The notes under the pieces were generated by a model, which saw only the letters and a list, made by a program, of their open reading frames with translations, was not told the origin of the DNA and did not search any database. Below are positions 59,744-64,000 of a stretch of DNA of 64,000 nt, piece after piece. Location: IMG/VR virus record IMGVR_UViG_3300027996_002186, positions 310,001 to 374,000 of that record, one strand, 5' to 3'. A program made the translations under genes and the position numbers. The stretch's first letter is position 1, and each line of letters starts with the position of its first letter.

Positions 59744-60283
59744 TTATTTCTTTTTGTCTATTTGCATTATATTAAGATCCATAGGTGTTTTTCTACCAAA
59801 AATAGCAACGGATACTGTAATCCTATCACCATTAATAGCTTCAATGGTACCAATCATTGTATCAAATGGGCCATCTGTTATTGAGACATCCTCACCAACA
59901 ATAAACATATCACTAATATCCATTTCTTTTTGTTCTTCTTGTTGACCTATCATTCTTTTTATCTCTTTTTCTTTCATAGGATTTATACTACCATCTCTTT
60001 CTGTTAAAAATCCGGTTGCTCCGTCACAACCACTTAGAAAGTATTTCAACTCACCAATAGAATTGGCTTCAACAAAAATATAACCAGGAAACATTATTTT
60101 ATCTCTGACAACTTTTTTACCATTTTTAAGATTCACAACAGTTTCCATTGGCACAAGTACTTGACTAACAGCCTTTTGTAATTCCGGTTCTTTTTGTATT
60201 CTCTCACAAACTTTTCTTTCTTTATTACCCTGTGTTCTGATAATATACCAATTCATTGTTTTTTCTTTTGTTCTAGTTCTCAT
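59744..60283 (-). CDS. nusG: Transcription elongation factor NusG
   Basis: NGN domain WYIIRT..E.KV, FPGYIFVE; KOW GE.V.I.DGPF, IFGRKTP. Confidence 0.9.
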   Translation of the reverse strand: MRTRTKEKTMNWYIIRTQGNKERKVCERIQKEPELQKAVSQVLVPMETVVNLKNGKKVVRDKIMFPGYIFVEANSIGELKYFLSGCDGATGFLTERDGSINPMKEKEIKRMIGQQEEQKEMDISDMFIVGEDVSITDGPFDTMIGTIEAINGDRITVSVAIFGRKTPMDLNIMQIDKKK

Positions 60284-60600
60284 AATATTTGTATTAATTT
60301 ATTTATCTTAAAGTCTCTTAATTTCTCTTTAGCTTCACTATTTTTTGATAACCATTTCTGGAATTCTTCATTACTTGTAACTTCTTCTATTTTAGAAACC
60401 TTATTAAGTTCAATATATTTTATTAAAATTGAATCTTTTTTATTCTCATCTGATTTTTGATATATTTCAAAATCTACACTATCAAACTCAACCATACAAA
60501 AATAAAACTTATCACCCTTTAAATAATTAAAGAAAACTAGGTTATCAAACCTTCCCATTTCCTCTTCCTTAAATAATATTATTTTATCCGATCTTATCAA
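60280..60600 (-). CDS. Hypothetical protein with C-terminal tag
   Basis: Ends RDFKINKLI. Confidence 0.55.
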   Translation of the reverse strand: MIRSDKIILFKEEEMGRFDNLVFFNYLKGDKFYFCMVEFDSVDFEIYQKSDENKKDSILIKYIELNKVSKIEEVTSNEEFQKWLSKNSEAKEKLRDFKINKLIQIL

Positions 60601-60976
60601 GAGCTTTATAATATTTTAATTCCTCTTTAATAAAATCAAAATGGTTTTCAATTAAATAGTGTAGGTCTAAATCCTTAATCTTTAATTTCATTAAAAGTAG
60701 TTTGAAGTCTTTGTTTGGTATAACTGGCTTCTCTTTTTTACTTTTAGACCAAAACCAATTAGGGTATGATTTATTTAACATAAAATAATACCATAAGTCC
60801 ATAGAGGATACTTTATCTATACTTTTTGAGTTAAGAAGTTGTGATTTATCTGGAAACTTTTTAGAAAAATACCGATTGAATATAAAGAAGTTTTTATCCT
60901 TTTCATCATCCGTAATATTAACCCAATCACTTTTATTTCTAAACATTGCGTTAGCAACATCAACTAATTCTGCCAT
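60584..60976 (-). CDS. Possible T4 gp62-like clamp-loader small subunit
   Basis: FIFNRYFS..QLLN..W.K pattern; replication-gene neighbourhood. Confidence 0.4.
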   Translation of the reverse strand: MAELVDVANAMFRNKSDWVNITDDEKDKNFFIFNRYFSKKFPDKSQLLNSKSIDKVSSMDLWYYFMLNKSYPNWFWSKSKKEKPVIPNKDFKLLLMKLKIKDLDLHYLIENHFDFIKEELKYYKALDKIG

Positions 60977-60977
60977 A

Positions 60978-61175
60978 TTACTTGTATATTATTACAACCT
61001 CTTTGTTTGTTTTCAATTTAGTATCATTTATACATTTAATAGCTAAATCAAAAGTATCAAATACACCATAACCAGCATCACTACCATTCATCGGTTTTTC
61101 ATAATCATACCAACATTTTTCAGTAACCCAATATTTATCTTGTTTATCCTTTAATAATTCTAAAAATAGTTTCAT
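60978..61175 (-). CDS. Small hypothetical protein
   Basis: 65-aa ORF in operon. Confidence 0.45.
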   Translation of the reverse strand: MKLFLELLKDKQDKYWVTEKCWYDYEKPMNGSDAGYGVFDTFDLAIKCINDTKLKTNKEVVIIYK

Positions 61176-61561
61176 AATATTTTATTTAATGAGTGTTCTC
61201 TCCACTTCTGTTTATCTAATTCTCTAATAAAATCAACACCAAATAAATCTACTAATTCTTCTGTTGTTGGTTCCCTTTTGAATTTGTTTTTCTCTGTTAT
61301 AATAAATCCATTTTCCAATTCATATTCAATCTCTCCGCTTATTGGATTATACAAGGTCCTTTTAATTTCACTCTTTTTAGATTTTTTTAATTTTGTTAAA
61401 AGATGATTTATCTTTTCTGGTAAATCATCTTTATCAGGATTACTAACACAATAATCTTCACAAAAAAAACTAATTATCTCTGCTAAATTTTTGTTGACAA
61501 TTCCTAAACCCTGCGTTATAGGAATCCATTTGTCAAGTATTTCACTTTTTGTATTTATCAT
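61172..61561 (-). CDS. Protein with MCP-N-terminus-like segment and C-terminal tag
   Basis: ILDKWIPITQGLGI resembles the L.EKW.P.L start of gp23-type capsid proteins; ends REHSLNKIL. Confidence 0.5.
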   Translation of the reverse strand: MINTKSEILDKWIPITQGLGIVNKNLAEIISFFCEDYCVSNPDKDDLPEKINHLLTKLKKSKKSEIKRTLYNPISGEIEYELENGFIITEKNKFKREPTTEELVDLFGVDFIRELDKQKWREHSLNKIL

Positions 61562-62522
61562 TATATGTAATAATCATTTTATTAACAACTTCCGTTGGAA
61601 GATTAGATATTCTCAAATCTATAAGTGTAAAATTAGATTCAATATTTTCAACTATCTCATCTATTTTAGTCTTACTTAATTTCTTTTTCTCACAGATTAA
61701 ATCTGCTATATTTTCATTCATATCAGGGTCAGTAAAACTCATCTCACCAAACTCAAGTAAATAGTCATCATAAATAGTCTGTGCTCCTTTATATCCAATA
61801 CCTCTCTTCTTACCATTTTTAATAACAGACCAAACAGATCCAATGTTATCCGACTTATCACCAGATATAATCTTAACCATTAAAGATTTCATATAATTTA
61901 TCTCAACAACTTCATACTTCTTAATAAAGCCATTTATAAATCTTAAAAATTCAGTATTATCATTTATATCAAATATATTATCATTTGGTATTTTCTGCAC
62001 TTTGTTAATAAAGTTTTGATAGTTCTCTGGTAAGAATAACTTTTCTTTATTATACATTTCATTAGTCATCATATTAACCCAAAGTGGATCAAAACTATGC
62101 TTAACCATTTGTTTAATATCATAATCATTCGATACTATTATAGTAGATCTTCCTTCTTCATTAGCCTTCTCAACTAAATAAGCTATCCAGTCATCACCCT
62201 CTATATGTGGTGCTTCTAATATTTTGAAAGTACCCTCCATTGATTCTTTGAATTCACCATAAGCCTCATAAACAAACTTCCAATCAATATCAGTATTTTT
62301 CTTTCGGGTGCCTTTATACTCGTCTATGTATTTCTTTCTCCAAGATTTTTCTTTGGAATCAGAAACTAGGTAAACGTTAGCAAACGGATACCATTTCTTA
62401 TATTTTAACATAGCATTTTCTAATGCTTTATGTAATGCTCCGTAAAGTAAATTATTTTTGTGTAAAGTGAAAACTAAACGACTAAGAATATAATTTCCAT
62501 CGATGATTAAGTCACATCTCAT
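61542..62522 (-). CDS. rnh: T4-like RNase H / 5'-3' exonuclease (PIN fold)
   Basis: IIDGN, SWRK..EYKGTR, EGDD.IA, SND.D..Q, GDKSDNI. Confidence 0.88.
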   Translation of the reverse strand: MRCDLIIDGNYILSRLVFTLHKNNLLYGALHKALENAMLKYKKWYPFANVYLVSDSKEKSWRKKYIDEYKGTRKKNTDIDWKFVYEAYGEFKESMEGTFKILEAPHIEGDDWIAYLVEKANEEGRSTIIVSNDYDIKQMVKHSFDPLWVNMMTNEMYNKEKLFLPENYQNFINKVQKIPNDNIFDINDNTEFLRFINGFIKKYEVVEINYMKSLMVKIISGDKSDNIGSVWSVIKNGKKRGIGYKGAQTIYDDYLLEFGEMSFTDPDMNENIADLICEKKKLSKTKIDEIVENIESNFTLIDLRISNLPTEVVNKMIITYNDKYKK

Positions 62523-62566
62523 AGCGTAAAAGTATTATTTAATATATATATGAAAAAAGGTCAATT

Positions 62567-64000
62567 ATGTTGTTAACTATTGAGATAAAAGTAAAAATGA
62601 ACAGAGGTAATCTTGGATATTATAATAAAAAAATGAATAGGAAGTTTAAAATTGATGATGAGGTATTAATACCAATAGATAAAATACCAAAGAGTTCGTA
62701 TTTTGATGTTGGTGTAATGTGTGATATTTGCTCAATGGAGAAAGAAACAACATATAGAAATTATAATGATTGTTTGAAATATGGATTTTATTCTTGTCAA
62801 AAATGCAAACACATCAAAAGGAGAATGACTAATAAGATTAAATATGATGATGAAAATTTCACAAACATAAAGAAGCGAAAAGAAACTATGATATCCAAAC
62901 ATGGTTGTTATTTTAACAATAATGAAAAATCCAAAAAAACCGTTAAGGATAAATATGGTGTTTGTAACATTTCACAATTAGATTCAATTAAATGTAAAAA
63001 GAAAGAAACAACATTATTGAATTGGGGAGTTGATAATCCAACTTATATAAAGGATAATAAGTTTATCTATACACAAGATGGTTATATCGAATATAACAAA
63101 GTAGATAAATATCACAAAATTAAATGTGGAGTTGGTCATGAGTTTAATATAACTACAAATTTATTTTATAGTAGATATTATAGAGGATCAACAATATGCA
63201 CTACATGTAATCATATAAACAAACTAACATCCGAGGGTGAGAATGAAGTATATGATCTAATAAATGATAATTATGATGGGAGAATAATTCAATCATATAG
63301 GGATGTTTTGGAGATAGATATTTATCTACCGGATTTGAATATAGGATTTGAATTCAATGGATTATATTGGCACTCAGAAGAACATAAAAATAAAAATTAT
63401 CACCTACACAAAACCGAACATTTCAAGGAAAGGGGTATCAGGATTATACACATATGGGAAGATGATTGGTTGAAAAGGAGAGAAATAATGAAATCAATTA
63501 TTTTAAATAAAGTAAAAAAATCTAATAGAATATTTGCACGAAAATGTAAAGCATGTGAAATTAATAATATAACAGAAGTTAAAGATTTTTTGAATACCAA
63601 CCATATTCAAGGGTTTAATAATAATATCAAAAAATCAATTGGTTTATATTATAATGGTGAATTGGTATCAATAATGTCATTTAATGATATCGAAGGAAGA
63701 AAAAGAATGAAAAATGGGTTTAATATAACTAGATTTTGTAATAAGTTAAACACATCAGTCATAGGAGGAGCTTCAAAAATAATAAGCTTATTTAAATCCA
63801 AGTACAGATATGACTATATGATAAGTTATGCTGATTATTCACTATCAGATGGTGGTCTTTATAAATCAATTGGATTTGAATTGGTTAATAAAAGCTACCC
63901 GGATTATACTTATATAGTTGGTGGAGTTAGAAAACATAAATCAAATTATAAGAAAGATAAATTAGGTATAAAGGGTAAATCAATCACGGAATCAGAGTTC
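62567..64000 (+). mobile_element. Hef-like free-standing homing endonuclease gene, truncated by window end (not in track)
   Basis: Reading frame from ATG 62567 runs off the window end: CxxC pairs, KYGV.N.SQ, EIDIYLPDLNIGFEFNGLYWHSE, IWEDDW, FL..NHIQG, RFCNK...VIGGASK, SYAD..LY. Confidence 0.8.

Noticed and set aside
5233-63600. Antisense or nested short ORFs in the track (e.g. 5233..5427, 6970..7233, 8841..9113, 22316..22837, 34518..34859, 35417..35632, 43249..43874, 52865..53350, 59685..59945, 63400..63600)
   Set aside because: They lie on the opposite strand or alternate frame of well-supported genes and have Ser/Leu/Phe-rich shadow composition.
1-64000. Stop-codon reassignment as in some Bacteroidota jumbo phages
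   Set aside because: Conserved genes are full length in the standard code, and TAG ends ORFs at sensible positions (for example 1175 and 46976).
1-64000. Bacterial chromosome or eukaryotic giant virus origin
   Set aside because: gp32-, gp13-, T4 RNase H- and Rnl1-type genes, many short orphans and phage-type promoter classes indicate a tailed jumbo phage, despite the host-like chaperones.

Overview
This is a 64-kb, very AT-rich, gene-dense segment of a T4-related jumbo phage read in the standard genetic code. The host is most likely Bacteroidota, based on repeated TAnnTTTG -7 promoters and host-like SucB-lipoyl, NusG and DnaK genes. T4-like genes include gp32 SSB, gp13 neck, RNase H, Rnl1 ligase and a Hef-like endonuclease. 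The window also holds an ~18-kb glycan-synthesis island, a full ClpC/DnaK/DnaJ/GrpE chaperone set, nucleotide enzymes (NrdB, GMP reductase, Adk, dCMP deaminase), UvdE, a SpoT-type HD hydrolase and two tandem amidases. Four things stand out. (1) A 1.6-kb non-coding locus has three tandem host-type promoters driving a ~930-nt GOLLD-like ornate RNA. It is bracketed by two abnormal tRNA-Glu-derived elements that each carry a D-loop hairpin insertion and the same non-canonical anticodon arm. (2) Two mutually exclusive peptide address tags occur. One is an N-terminal capsid-targeting-like leader on ~15 late-promoter genes, including a 2H-phosphoesterase/DEDDh fusion and the RNA ligase. The other is a C-terminal R-x-x-K-[IL]-x-x-[IL] helix on ~15 unrelated small proteins. 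(3) Several of the C-tagged mini-proteins are isolated fragments of the major capsid protein, and so are candidate decoys. (4) A candidate ~90-nt small RNA lies at 39.5 kb. All family assignments come from motif recognition by eye; no database searches were run.
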